The notes beneath the pieces were generated by a model. The model saw only the letters and a program-made list of their open reading frames with translations, ran no database searches and was not told the origin of the DNA. A program made the translations under genes and the position numbers. Shown piece after piece: positions 9,905 through 20,160 of a DNA stretch of 64,000 nt. Numbering within the stretch: position 1 is the stretch's first letter; every line of letters begins with the position of its first letter. The DNA is from Candidatus Obscuribacterales bacterium (GTDB lineage: Bacteria > Cyanobacteriota > Vampirovibrionia > Obscuribacterales > Obscuribacteraceae), in the NCBI GenBank assembly GCA_965228855.1, contig CBDDIJ010000005.1:1216001-1280000 (forward strand). The letters are read 5' to 3'.

Positions 9905-11307
9905 TGCGGTCGACCAGACATCGTTTGTATCGGTTCAGTGTGCTTGGCACTGGCTTCTGAGGCGTCTTCGCGGCCGGAGATTTCAACTCTCCCACCCTCG
10001 GCCAACTGAATCTGACCATCCGTGACCACTGTGTCACCATTAGTGATACCAGATTCAATTGCAGTCAACCCGTCAACGCTCGGACCAGCTTTAACGGGCT
10101 GCATATGAGCGGTTTTTCCGTTTTTCAAAACCCAGACAAACTGCCCGGACTGTCCGGTTTGAACGGCCTGGGTCGGGATAGCGATCGCATCCTTCAAGGT
10201 TGTCAGAGTTAGTAAAACATCCACATATTTTCCGGGCCACAGCATCGAATCTGAATTATCGAATTCAGCCTTCAATTTAACCGTACCAGTGGTATTGTCC
10301 ACGGTATTGTCGGTAAACGTAACCTTGCCCAGACGCTCGGCGTCATGCCCCTTGAGCAGAACCGCAACACGAAGGTTGTCTTGTTTATATTTCTGAACCA
10401 GCTCAAATTGATCGGCGGGTACGGAAAACTCCACGTAAATTGGGGAAATCTGGTTGATTGTGACAAGAACATCTTCATCAGCACGAACATTGTTGCCTTG
10501 AAGAACCAATATCTTACCTGTTCGTCCCGAGATCGGAGAATTTACGGTCGTAAAATTCAGCTGCACACGAGCGTTCTCCAATACCGCTTTAGCGGAGGCT
10601 AGTTGCGCGTATGCATTCTGAAGATTGGCTTTATCAGCGACGATCTGCGCTTCTGCGTTTTGTATATTTGCTTGTCCGGCCACCACGGTCGCCGCTGTCG
10701 ATTCCATATCTGTTTCACGTCGTTCTGCTTCAACCTCGGATACGGCGCCGGCTTTCGCCAGCGCACCAAAGCGCTGAGCGTTTACCTGAGCCAGATGAGC
10801 CAGAGCCTGATTTTTCGTCTGGTCGGCCTTGACTTGCGCAAGAACCGCCTTGTCCTTATCAATCGCCGCTCTGGCCTGAGCAATCACAGCCTCTTGCTTC
10901 GCGACGTCAGACTCAGCTTTCAAATAATCAGCGCGAGCAGGACGCGGATCGATTGTGAACAGTAATTGCCTGCGCTCGACTGTATCACCTTCCTTGAAAT
11001 GAATAGAGACGATGCGACCACCGATTCTAGCTTTGACGGAAACGGCATTCATCGGGGTGACAGCGCCGATGCTCCTCAAATGAATCGGAATGTCCGCAGT
11101 TTTAGCGGTTGCCACCGTCACCGGTGCCGGAGGTTTTTGAGTTTTTTTCTTCTCTTCATGCCTGGTCAGGAAAACGGTCGCGCAGGCAATAGCGATTACG
11201 AGAATAATCAGAAATACGGCGCGACCGTTGCCGGACTTCTGTTTCTCTTCGACGGATGAAAATGATGGTTGGGTCCCTAGACTCATTCTGTAACTTTTCG
11301 ACCACAT
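9901..11307 (-). CDS. RND efflux membrane-fusion (periplasmic adaptor) protein, MdtA-like
   Basis: N-terminal TM, lipoyl halves, alpha-hairpin, SPISGRTG, DNTTGT. 4-nt overlap with the permease. Confidence 0.93.
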   Translation of the reverse strand: MWSKSYRMSLGTQPSFSSVEEKQKSGNGRAVFLIILVIAIACATVFLTRHEEKKKTQKPPAPVTVATAKTADIPIHLRSIGAVTPMNAVSVKARIGGRIVSIHFKEGDTVERRQLLFTIDPRPARADYLKAESDVAKQEAVIAQARAAIDKDKAVLAQVKADQTKNQALAHLAQVNAQRFGALAKAGAVSEVEAERRETDMESTAATVVAGQANIQNAEAQIVADKANLQNAYAQLASAKAVLENARVQLNFTTVNSPISGRTGKILVLQGNNVRADEDVLVTINQISPIYVEFSVPADQFELVQKYKQDNLRVAVLLKGHDAERLGKVTFTDNTVDNTTGTVKLKAEFDNSDSMLWPGKYVDVLLTLTTLKDAIAIPTQAVQTGQSGQFVWVLKNGKTAHMQPVKAGPSVDGLTAIESGITNGDTVVTDGQIQLAEGGRVEISGREDASEASAKHTEPIQTMSGRPQ

Positions 11308-11517
11308 GTAATCGACACGAAAGTCGACGAAATAGTCATAGCATAGTTCCTAATAATAGAACAGACGCTGATCACAACTGAGCGCCTGGTGTGCGGCGTC
11401 TCACTGGCTTCTGCTCGCGCGGCGGCACTGATGTGCAGACAGTCTGCTAAATCAAGAATGGAAACTGAGCGGCGATGGGGTGACCTTTGTCTCTCCACGT
11501 CGATTGGCGCTTAAATC

Positions 11518-12381
11518 ATGACGACAGCTAAACGAAAGAAAGAACCTTATTACTCTGCGATACCATCGGTAAGCAGTCTTCTGAACCCGATTCTCCACGC
11601 GCTTCGAGAGCGCGGTGGGAATGGACCGACTGACAAAGTCACATCAGAACTCGAAAATAAATTTCTCCAGGACGCGACGGTAAACCGCTTCCCTTCGGCA
11701 CGACTTGAAATACACAGCCGACTCAACCGCGCCCTGGAATTGTTGAGTAGAGCAGGTCTTGTCTGTCGCAAAGGTTTGTATTCACTGAAACTTACACCGA
11801 AGGCCCTTGTTGTCCCGGAATCGGCAGTAGAGAAACTCAGCGAAGCGACATTGAGAGAAAAACACTCTGTCGACATTGTGGTGGAGTCAGAGAAGACTCT
11901 TCCGTTACCCGATGAAATCAGCTTAGACATACTGGACTTCTTGTCTCAAGAACCGAAAATGTCTGCTCTGCAAATCGAGGAAAGAGTCCTCCAGAGATAC
12001 GCTTATGACCACGGCATCCTGGAGGCTGAGGAACTGGAGCAAGTGAGCCGAAGAGCTCTCACAGCCAGAAGAATTATAGAGTCAAAACACTTGATAGCTC
12101 AAGATTCCGACGGCATGTTCCAACTGACAAACCGCGGTCGTTCGGTCAATCCGGTGCAAGCGCAGCGGATCGCGAGATTATCGATCGGCACCTACCTTCG
12201 CCATCAACTTTTGAAATTGCGCCTCTTTGTTGAAGAGCAAGCACAGGTTGAAACTAGACGGCACATCGTTGAAGAAATCAGCGCATTCCTGTTCGGTGTA
12301 GGGAGATACTTCACAAAGCCGAAGAATCGCGAACCGCAAGTTGAGTTAATAAGAGAAAAGCAAGCTACTTACAGTGACTAA
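11518..12381 (+). CDS. Protein with two tandem Mrr-N-terminal-like winged-helix domains
   Basis: IPSVSSLLNPILHAL...RALELLSRAGLV...LTPKA and LPLPDEISLDILDFL...LIAQDSDGMFQLTNRG resemble Mrr_N wHTH. No PD-(D/E)xK domain seen. Confidence 0.6.
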   Translation: MTTAKRKKEPYYSAIPSVSSLLNPILHALRERGGNGPTDKVTSELENKFLQDATVNRFPSARLEIHSRLNRALELLSRAGLVCRKGLYSLKLTPKALVVPESAVEKLSEATLREKHSVDIVVESEKTLPLPDEISLDILDFLSQEPKMSALQIEERVLQRYAYDHGILEAEELEQVSRRALTARRIIESKHLIAQDSDGMFQLTNRGRSVNPVQAQRIARLSIGTYLRHQLLKLRLFVEEQAQVETRRHIVEEISAFLFGVGRYFTKPKNREPQVELIREKQATYSD

Positions 12382-12447
12382 TGCGCTACATAAGAGCAAG
12401 AAAGAGATCATTCACTACCTGTTCCAGACTAGCTGAGGAGAGACAAC

Positions 12448-12552
12448 ATGAACAGACATGCAATTACTACTTACAAACTTGAAGCGCAAGATGTCATCGC
12501 AGCAACCATGTACAGCATGTTGTTGGTTTGCCTGCTTTTCAGATTGGCGTAA
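12448..12552 (+). CDS. Small hydrophobic protein, 34 aa (MNRHAITTYKLEAQDVIAATMYSMLLVCLLFRLA)
   Basis: GAGGAG at 12435-12440, ATG 12448, TAA 12550-12552. C-terminal hydrophobic helix. Below the ORF-track cutoff. Confidence 0.55.
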   Translation: MNRHAITTYKLEAQDVIAATMYSMLLVCLLFRLA

Positions 12553-12603
12553 CTAAACCAACCGACACCACCTGCGATACCGCCAGAACCAGAGGATAAT
12601 ATT

Positions 12604-12900
12604 ATGAATCGCATTGAATACAGATTGATGCAAGTAGCGGAGTCAGTCTCCGGAGCCGTCTCTAACGCCAGCGACACGGCCTTCACTATCGTGGCCGGTC
12701 AGGTTGCAGGAGTCGGTGCAGATTGGATCGACAAAATGTTCCTCACCGAGGAGGACGGCTCTCATTACAAGCAGGAGCTAGATGGTGACGGAGAGCAAGA
12801 AGGAGATGGGCAAGTGCGATCTCTAGACAGGAAGCGCGCCGCACGAATGGCAAAGAAACTATCTAAAAACGTTTCAACACCTCCTGACCTCATAATCTAG
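12604..12900 (+). CDS. Hypothetical protein, 98 aa
   Basis: AGAGGA RBS upstream, followed by a terminator hairpin. Confidence 0.6.
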   Translation: MNRIEYRLMQVAESVSGAVSNASDTAFTIVAGQVAGVGADWIDKMFLTEEDGSHYKQELDGDGEQEGDGQVRSLDRKRAARMAKKLSKNVSTPPDLII

Positions 12901-12928
12901 AAATTTTAACGCGACAAACGACCAACGA

Positions 12929-12953
12929 AAACGCGAGTCACCGACTCGCGTTT
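12929..12953. terminator. Bidirectional intrinsic terminator-like hairpin
   Basis: AAACGCGAGTC-acc-GACTCGCGTTT perfect 11-bp inverted repeat between convergent genes. Confidence 0.75.
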
Positions 12954-13111
12954 CTTCGTAACGCGAACCACCACCCACGGTGCTCAGGTGGGAAGCTGGC
13001 ATCACGAGTGTGACAGACGAGAGAGAGGGAGAGGTGAAAGGGACCTAAGATCGCCAGCACGTCACCGCTGGCGATACCAGCGACAGCCTTGAATAAATCA
13101 AAGCGAGGCTC

Positions 13112-14797
13112 TTAGTTAGGCTTGCCCCAGTACCAACCTTGCCCGTATGTCACGCCCATGTCGATAAGCAGTTCCAACTCCTCACGACACTCAATGCCTT
13201 CGGCGACGAGATCTGAGCCCAGCGCATTCACGACCTTAACGAGGCGGCGCAACAACCGTTCCTTCGTTGGTTCCTGAGCTATGCCTGAGACATACTTGCG
13301 ATCGATTTTGACGATGTCCGGCTCAAGGATTATCAGACTTTCGAGCGAACTTCTGCCGAAACCGACGTCGTCGATTGCAACATGAACGCCCCTGCGTTTG
13401 AGCTCTTGAACGTGATCTCGTAAGTAAGTGGGGTCACCTATAAACTGCTGTTCACTGATTTCAATACAGAATTTGCCCTCTTCCGGGTCAGCCGGAAACA
13501 GCGTCATCAGCCTGTCTATGGGCGTGTCGATAATCGTGGATGGGAATAAATTGACGTGCAGACGTGAATCATTGTTGAACTTCGGATCGGTGCTTGCTGC
13601 AGTCAGACAAGTTTTCAAACAGCGTAAATCAACAATAGTAAGAAGGTTGTACTCAACGCTCACTCGGAAAAGATCGACAGGCATCTCGAAAGCACCTTCC
13701 GGTCCGCGGCTGAGAATCTCATACCCAACGAGTTTTTCGTCAGCAAGATGCAGAATCGGCATAGAAACCGCTCTGAAGCAATCCCCCTTGCGCAACTTCT
13801 CCGTCAACTCTTCAAGAGCGTCTCGGTCGGGTTGACCCTGGCGCTTGTGTTTTTCTCCGGAAGAAACACGGTTTTTGCCCAACAATTTCGACTCACGAAC
13901 GGCCAATCGCACTAACGACAGGACTTCCTCAATCGAGCAGAACTCGTAAGGTAGGGCAAGCACGCCCAAGCTGGCAGTAACACGAATGGTCTCAGACGCA
14001 AGCCGCAACGGACTTTCCGCGACGGACAGACGAATTTTTTCCGCCACCAGCATGCCTTCTGCAAAACGTGTATCCGGCAATAAGAGGAGGAACTCGTCAC
14101 TGCCGATCCTGGCGATGTGATCGGTCGGTCGGACCGTTTCCTTCATGCGCTTGGATATTTCCTTGAGCACGACATCACCGACGCCATGCCCTAGCTGGGC
14201 GTTGATGCGGTCGAAATCATCACAGTCGAGTAGCACTGCGACCAGATTCCAGCCGCCTCGTCTCGCTCTTTCGAATTCGTGTTGGAGAGCTCGTTCGAGA
14301 CCGGCTATGTTTAAACACTCGGTGAGCGGGTCGTGATTGGCTAAAGCCTCCAATCTCGTCGTCGCTGCCTCCAGCCGATCCGATGCTTCCTTCAGTGCCT
14401 CTTCGGCACGTTTTAAATCAATTGCGTATCTCATTGACTGCACAAGCCTCTTGGCGTCGATGGACTCTTTTACTAGAAAATCCTGCGCACCGTTTTGCAC
14501 GGCCTCGTCAACATCCTGGTCGCGTGTGTCGCTAAGGACTACGACAGGTACCGTTGTATGTAACTCTCTCAGTTCGTTTAAAACTTCCAGCCCCTTCTTG
14601 TTCGGCATAGAAAGACTGAGAAGGACTACATCAAAACCCTCTTTCTCGAGGCGCTCCATCCCGTGAGCGAACTTATCAGTCCACTCCATATTGAAATCCG
14701 AACCGGTTGCAGCCTCATCTAGTACGTCGCGAAGAGCCTTTGCCTGGCCCTCATTGTGTTCTATAAGTAGAACTCGCGTTTTTTTGTCGTCACCCAT
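13112..14797 (-). CDS. REC-GGDEF-EAL c-di-GMP signalling protein (atypical motifs)
   Basis: HDPLT, RPTD I-site + GSDEF, GYEILSR, EISE, IDDVGFGRSSL, KIDR, AEGIE, GQGW. Receiver has LLSL where the phospho-Asp is expected. Confidence 0.9.
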   Translation of the reverse strand: MGDDKKTRVLLIEHNEGQAKALRDVLDEAATGSDFNMEWTDKFAHGMERLEKEGFDVVLLSLSMPNKKGLEVLNELRELHTTVPVVVLSDTRDQDVDEAVQNGAQDFLVKESIDAKRLVQSMRYAIDLKRAEEALKEASDRLEAATTRLEALANHDPLTECLNIAGLERALQHEFERARRGGWNLVAVLLDCDDFDRINAQLGHGVGDVVLKEISKRMKETVRPTDHIARIGSDEFLLLLPDTRFAEGMLVAEKIRLSVAESPLRLASETIRVTASLGVLALPYEFCSIEEVLSLVRLAVRESKLLGKNRVSSGEKHKRQGQPDRDALEELTEKLRKGDCFRAVSMPILHLADEKLVGYEILSRGPEGAFEMPVDLFRVSVEYNLLTIVDLRCLKTCLTAASTDPKFNNDSRLHVNLFPSTIIDTPIDRLMTLFPADPEEGKFCIEISEQQFIGDPTYLRDHVQELKRRGVHVAIDDVGFGRSSLESLIILEPDIVKIDRKYVSGIAQEPTKERLLRRLVKVVNALGSDLVAEGIECREELELLIDMGVTYGQGWYWGKPN

Positions 14798-15048
14798 TCA
14801 ATGTCACCAAAAAATTCCGATTGCGTTGCACAAAAACCTCGTCAAACCTGTTTATCAGTCGCTTGCGCCCCCTTCCCACATCCTTGTGCCCAATCAAACC
14901 AATCTTTACCCTGCCCCGATTTGCAAACGCAATCAGCCCTGTTCATGTACTATGGAGCCGGCGTAGGTGGCCCCAATGGTCATTAATGCCCAGATCGTCC
15001 TTGTATGAAACTACAGACCTCACTTACTAATTTCAAGACTCTTCTTAT

Positions 15049-16077
15049 ATGACAAATCAAGCACAGCCTGCCGAGCCTGTAAAACAAGGCAAACAACCAG
15101 TCTGGAAACTGCTTGTCGCTATTTTGTTAGGCGCCGGTCTGCTCTATTTCGCTTTTCGCGGCATAGACGTGCAAAAGATGATGCAGTATATGCAGGAGAT
15201 CAACCCGTTCTACGTTTTCCTCATATTTGCTGTCGGTATATTGAGCCACTTCCTGCGAGCCCTTCGCTGGATTATCCTTTTGAAACCGGTAGCAGAGCGC
15301 AACGTCAGTCTCTGGAATTCGTTTTACGCAGTCATTCTGGGATATGCAGTCAACGTCGTGATTCCCAAAGGCGGGGAGGTTGTTCGCCTGGTCGAGATGA
15401 GTCGGCTGGAGAAATTACCGTGGGCAGCAGTTGCACCGACCCTGCTTATCGACCGATTGCTCGATGTCGCACTGCTGGCGTTGCTGGTCGGCGTGACCCT
15501 GACTGTACTGCCGCAATCCGTGCTTGAAACCGTGCCGTGGCTTGTGCCAGGAGGTATCGGCATGGTGGTGGCAGCTACCGTTGGAATGCTTCTTTTGCCT
15601 AAGCTGTCAGCGATTGTTCGCTGGTTCATGAATCACAAAATTATCAAGAAGGCTCTTCCTGACAAGATTTCGACTATCTTGACGGAAAAGCTCGCTGAAT
15701 TTGAAGTCGGCACCAAGTGTCTAACCAACCCCGTCACGTTTCCAATAATCGCGCTATTGAGCGTGGCGATCTGGGCGTGTTATTGGGTTAGTTTCTACCT
15801 GATGCTCTTCGCGTTCAATATGCAGTCTATGGTGAGCGCAACCGACTGTTTGATCACTTTTACAATTGGAACTCTCAGCAATTTCGTTCCCACACCGGGT
15901 GCCGCCGGTGGTTTCCATCTTTTGGTCCAGCAGGGTCTTATGATTAACGGTCAGGTGAACAAGGAACAAGCACTCGCTTATGCCACCGTTTTGCATATCA
16001 TGAATTACATTGTTGTAAGTTGCGTTACCGCTGCGGTTTGCGTGCTAATACAATCATTCAAGAAGAAATCCGACTGA
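15049..16077 (+). CDS. Lysylphosphatidylglycerol synthase TM-region / flippase-like protein (UPF0104)
   Basis: LRALRW, N..IP.GGEVVR, DRLLD, PTPGAAG motifs. Multi-TM. Confidence 0.85.
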   Translation: MTNQAQPAEPVKQGKQPVWKLLVAILLGAGLLYFAFRGIDVQKMMQYMQEINPFYVFLIFAVGILSHFLRALRWIILLKPVAERNVSLWNSFYAVILGYAVNVVIPKGGEVVRLVEMSRLEKLPWAAVAPTLLIDRLLDVALLALLVGVTLTVLPQSVLETVPWLVPGGIGMVVAATVGMLLLPKLSAIVRWFMNHKIIKKALPDKISTILTEKLAEFEVGTKCLTNPVTFPIIALLSVAIWACYWVSFYLMLFAFNMQSMVSATDCLITFTIGTLSNFVPTPGAAGGFHLLVQQGLMINGQVNKEQALAYATVLHIMNYIVVSCVTAAVCVLIQSFKKKSD

Positions 16078-16093
16078 CACCGCCAGCGGTGCT

Positions 16094-17101
16094 CTATTTC
16101 TTTCGACGTTCTGTAGACTCTGATGGTTTTGCAGTGGCATTACGCTTAATTTTTCTCTTTGCCGCGGCCAACTTCAGCTCCCGCGCTTCCACCCGTGATT
16201 CCTTCAACGCCGCGGCGGCCGCATCATGCGCTTTGCGTATCGCCGGACTGATCGGCTGGCACTTCGGACAGAAGTGAGAGCTACGACCGGCAAGTTTGAC
16301 ACGCTCGATCCTGGTACCACATGCGGAGCACTTCTCGTTGGTGCGTCCGTAAACATGCGCAGCATTCTGATAGTCGCCGTTGACGCCGGACAGATTCGAG
16401 TAATCTCTCAAAGTTGTTCCGCCAAGCTCGATCGAACGAGACAATACTTCAATTATTTTTTTGCTCAAGACGACAAGCTGTTGCAGTTTCAATTTGCCTG
16501 CTGGCTGAAGAGGATTGATATTAGCCAGGAACAACGATTCGTCGGCATAGATGTTACCAATGCCCGCGATGATTCGTTGATCGAGCAAAGCATTTTTAAC
16601 GGGCTGATTTTTACCGCGAAAGGCGTCGAGCATATACTCGGCCGTCAGGTGCGACAGCGGTTCCACACCCAGAGATGCAATGCCGCTAACAACGTCTTCC
16701 ACGGAGGTTCCGCTGGGTACGTACCAGAGCCGGCCGAACACGCGCATGTCTTCGTAGTGTAACTCCTTGCCACTAACCAGAATGATCCGGACGCGCAAAA
16801 AGTTTTTCGCCACAGACGCATTGATGTCCTTCTCAGTCTGGGGTTTTTCTTTGAGAACCAATCGCCCGGACATGCGAAGATGTACAACCAGCGCCGCACC
16901 CGACGACAAACCGACTATTATGTACTTCCCTCGTCGGGTGGTAGCTTCAAACGTATGCCCTTTCAAAAGCCGCCTGAATGCGTCGACTTCAGGATAGCCA
17001 ATTGAGTCTTTGCGCAGAACTTCGACCGACTTTATCTTCTCGCCGACGATAAATTTGTTTAGCCCACGGGCGACTGTTTCTACTTCCGGAAGTTCTGGCA
17101 T
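16094..17101 (-). CDS. mutM: Formamidopyrimidine-DNA glycosylase/AP lyase (Fpg)
   Basis: MPELPEVETV, RRGKY, HLRMSG, GIGNIYADE, C-terminal CxxC...CxxCQ zinc finger. Confidence 0.97.
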   Translation of the reverse strand: MPELPEVETVARGLNKFIVGEKIKSVEVLRKDSIGYPEVDAFRRLLKGHTFEATTRRGKYIIVGLSSGAALVVHLRMSGRLVLKEKPQTEKDINASVAKNFLRVRIILVSGKELHYEDMRVFGRLWYVPSGTSVEDVVSGIASLGVEPLSHLTAEYMLDAFRGKNQPVKNALLDQRIIAGIGNIYADESLFLANINPLQPAGKLKLQQLVVLSKKIIEVLSRSIELGGTTLRDYSNLSGVNGDYQNAAHVYGRTNEKCSACGTRIERVKLAGRSSHFCPKCQPISPAIRKAHDAAAAALKESRVEARELKLAAAKRKIKRNATAKPSESTERRKK

Positions 17102-17177
17102 ACAACCTCAAAGCTATTTTTCGGCCACACTTTATCAAACAGGGACTTCTGGAAAACGATTCGTTCCATTCAAGTTT

Positions 17178-18272
17178 CTAGATGAAGAAGAACGTCGCTC
17201 CAAGAATGAGATACACGGCCAGGAGCTGCACGCCTTCCATCCAGTTGCACTCACCGTCAAAAGTAATGAACGGAAGAATGATGACTGATACCACTACCGC
17301 CATCACTTCGAAGCCGGAGAAACACAGATCCATGGGGCGACCTATGATAAAACTCGCGAAAACAATCACTGGAGCGACAAACAGAGCGATCTGCGTGGAT
17401 GAGCCCAGTGCGATATTTATGCTCAAGTCCATCTTGTTCTTCAGCGCCATCAAGATCGCGGTGCTGTGTTCGGCAGCGTTACCGATGATCGCGACTACGA
17501 TCACGCCGATGAACATATGCGTCATTCCAATAGCCTGGGCTGTCGCTTCCACCTGTTTAACGAGCAATTCAGCAAGCAGCGCGACGAGCACCGTCGAGGC
17601 ACTCAAAACAATAATGCTGTTTCGCACGCCCCAATGTTCGGTTCCAATCGCCTCTTCGACCTCTACGTCGACCTGTCGCACGTAGAGATTTCTGTGCGTT
17701 TTTAAACTGAAAAACAAACTGAGCAGATAGACAACGAATTGAATGATTGCAATCGCCAGAGCCAAACGGAGTTCTTCACCGGGCGTGACCTCGCCGACCT
17801 GTCTGCCGTAGAAGTGGAATACCGCGGGCACCACCAGACATATCGCAGCCAGGGCGAGCAGAGTAGATGAAGTGGTAGCGGCAGTACGATTGAACTCCTG
17901 GGTTTTATATTTGAGGCCACCAGTGAGCATCGACAATCCCATTACCAGTAGAACGTTTCCGATGATCGAGCCGGTGATAGAGGCTTTGACGACATCAATC
18001 AAACCCGCTTTGAGAGCCGAGAGGGCTATCAAAAGTTCACAGGCGTTTCCAAACGTCGCGTTCAGAAGTCCGCCCATACCGGTGCCGAGTTTGTCGGCAA
18101 GAACTTCAGTAGAACGCCCCATCAAACCGGCCAGAGGCGTAATTGCCAGACACGCCATTAGAAACAGAACGGGAGGCGCCCAATGCATATATTCGCCCAC
18201 AAACGCCAGTGGCACGAAAATCAGCAATAGCTGAAGGAAAGTCTGCGGCGTAACTTTTAGCATCTTATGCAT
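17178..18272 (-). CDS. cax: Ca2+/H+ antiporter (CAX/ChaA family)
   Basis: [31 protein letters not shown] alpha-repeats. Confidence 0.93.
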   Translation of the reverse strand: MHKMLKVTPQTFLQLLLIFVPLAFVGEYMHWAPPVLFLMACLAITPLAGLMGRSTEVLADKLGTGMGGLLNATFGNACELLIALSALKAGLIDVVKASITGSIIGNVLLVMGLSMLTGGLKYKTQEFNRTAATTSSTLLALAAICLVVPAVFHFYGRQVGEVTPGEELRLALAIAIIQFVVYLLSLFFSLKTHRNLYVRQVDVEVEEAIGTEHWGVRNSIIVLSASTVLVALLAELLVKQVEATAQAIGMTHMFIGVIVVAIIGNAAEHSTAILMALKNKMDLSINIALGSSTQIALFVAPVIVFASFIIGRPMDLCFSGFEVMAVVVSVIILPFITFDGECNWMEGVQLLAVYLILGATFFFI

Positions 18273-18678
18273 CGAAAACTAACCAGAGATTGCGCGGGCT
18301 GGAGCCGCAAACTGCTCGAACAGAGCGATGTCAGAAGACGCGCATGCCCTTCCGACAGAGCGATGATCATACTCGTTAGAGCGATTGGCGCCATTAACTC
18401 ATAGCAAAATCGGAACGCTTGGCAGCACCGCAATTAGTGGCAGCCCGATCACAACGTTTTCATCAAACCGACATCGGCGTATGGTCGAGCCAGAGTCTGA
18501 AAGCCAAGCGGCGAGGGGTTTCGCGCAACTAGTCTCCCGGTAAAACCGTTCGCCGGTAAACGTTTGAAAATTCTTATCTGAAGATTAGCGGGATATTTTT
18601 ATAGATTCAGTACGAACAGGCCTTAACATATGAATTCAAGATCTAAATAAGTCCAGATCTACTTTTGGAGGGTGCCTC

Positions 18679-19962
18679 ATGGTGGCCACGATGCCTAGCT
18701 CGGTTCCGACGATGGAATGTGAAAGTCCGCACTTCCTGATGGCCCAACGCCAACTCGATGAAATCGCCGCTGAAATGGGATTACCCTCACAGTTGCACGA
18801 GCGCCTTCGCTACCCGAAGCGCTCGATGGTAGTGACAATCCCGGTTCGCATGGACGACGGTCTGGTAAAAACCTTTACGGGCTATCGCGTTCACCACGAT
18901 GTGGCTCTGGGACCGGCCAAGGGTGGTATCCGTTTTCACCCTGAGGTGAATCTGGGCGAAGTCGCGTCGCTCGCGATGCTGATGACCTGGAAATGCGCGC
19001 TTATGGGCTTGCCTTACGGGGGCGCCAAGGGCGGCATCAGATGCAAGCCCTGGCAAATGTCGCTCGGCGAACAAGAGCGTCTCACCCGCCGCTACACCTC
19101 TGAAATTATCAATCTTCTCGGACCTGACAAAGACATTCCGGCACCGGACATGTATACGAACGAGCAGACCATGGCGTGGATCATGGACACCTATTCAATC
19201 AACGTCGGTCATACCGTACCTTCTGTAGTAACAGGAAAACCGGTTTCCATCGGAGGTTCGCTCGGACGTCACGAAGCGACCGGTCGAGGTGTCGCCTATT
19301 GCGCCCGTCGAGCCGTTAAGCATCACAATCTCAACGTCGAACAACCGACCGTAGTCGTTCAAGGTTTCGGCAACGTAGGTTCAATCGCAGCCAAGCAACT
19401 CTATTCATCGGGCTACAAGATCGTCGCTGTATCCGATGTACACGGCGGCATCCGCAACGAGGAAGGTCTCGATATTCCGCGCCTGATGGCCTATATGTCG
19501 GAATTCGGTCGAGTCGCCGGCTTCCCGAACTCAACGACAATCAGCAACGCCGAGTTGCTTTCCACCAAGTGCGACATCCTTATCCCAGCCGCGCTAGGAA
19601 ACCAGCTCAAAGAAGACAATATGGAATCGCTCGATTGCAAAATCGTAGTGGAAGGGGCTAACGGTCCGACCAGCCCAGAAGCCGACATTTACTTGCATGA
19701 GAAAGGCGTCCTGGTTGTTCCCGACATTCTCGCGAACGCAGGCGGCGTGACCGTCAGCTATTTCGAGTGGGTTCAGGGACTGATGCAGCTGTTCTGGACC
19801 GAACAAGAAGTCAACGAACGTCTCGAGCAGATTATGGGACGCGCTTGCGATCGAGTATTTGCGCTTTCGCAAGAACGCAATCTCAGACCGAGAATGGCGG
19901 CACTGAGACTTGGTGTATCGACAATCGCTGAAGCAAAACGCCTCCGCGGTTTATATCCATAA
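18679..19962 (+). CDS. gdhA: Glu/Leu/Phe/Val dehydrogenase (glutamate dehydrogenase)
   Basis: GPAKGGIRFHP, GGAKGG, DIPAPD, QGFGNVG, EGANGP, PDILANAGGVTVSYFEW. GGAGG RBS. Confidence 0.93.
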   Translation: MVATMPSSVPTMECESPHFLMAQRQLDEIAAEMGLPSQLHERLRYPKRSMVVTIPVRMDDGLVKTFTGYRVHHDVALGPAKGGIRFHPEVNLGEVASLAMLMTWKCALMGLPYGGAKGGIRCKPWQMSLGEQERLTRRYTSEIINLLGPDKDIPAPDMYTNEQTMAWIMDTYSINVGHTVPSVVTGKPVSIGGSLGRHEATGRGVAYCARRAVKHHNLNVEQPTVVVQGFGNVGSIAAKQLYSSGYKIVAVSDVHGGIRNEEGLDIPRLMAYMSEFGRVAGFPNSTTISNAELLSTKCDILIPAALGNQLKEDNMESLDCKIVVEGANGPTSPEADIYLHEKGVLVVPDILANAGGVTVSYFEWVQGLMQLFWTEQEVNERLEQIMGRACDRVFALSQERNLRPRMAALRLGVSTIAEAKRLRGLYP

Positions 19963-20160
19963 ACCGAGCGTCCGAGAATAAATCGGCGCAAGACCGCATA
20001 CGTTCGCAAAACCCCGTTCTCATCGAAGCTCTGCGAAAAAGGCTGACGGTAGCGGTACATATTGATTCAACCTGGGAACAAAAGTTTGGAGGTCTCTCAA
20101 GTCCTTTGAGCGCCTTTCTCTGGTAGCCTTAGTAATACTGCTCTCAATACTGGAATTCAG

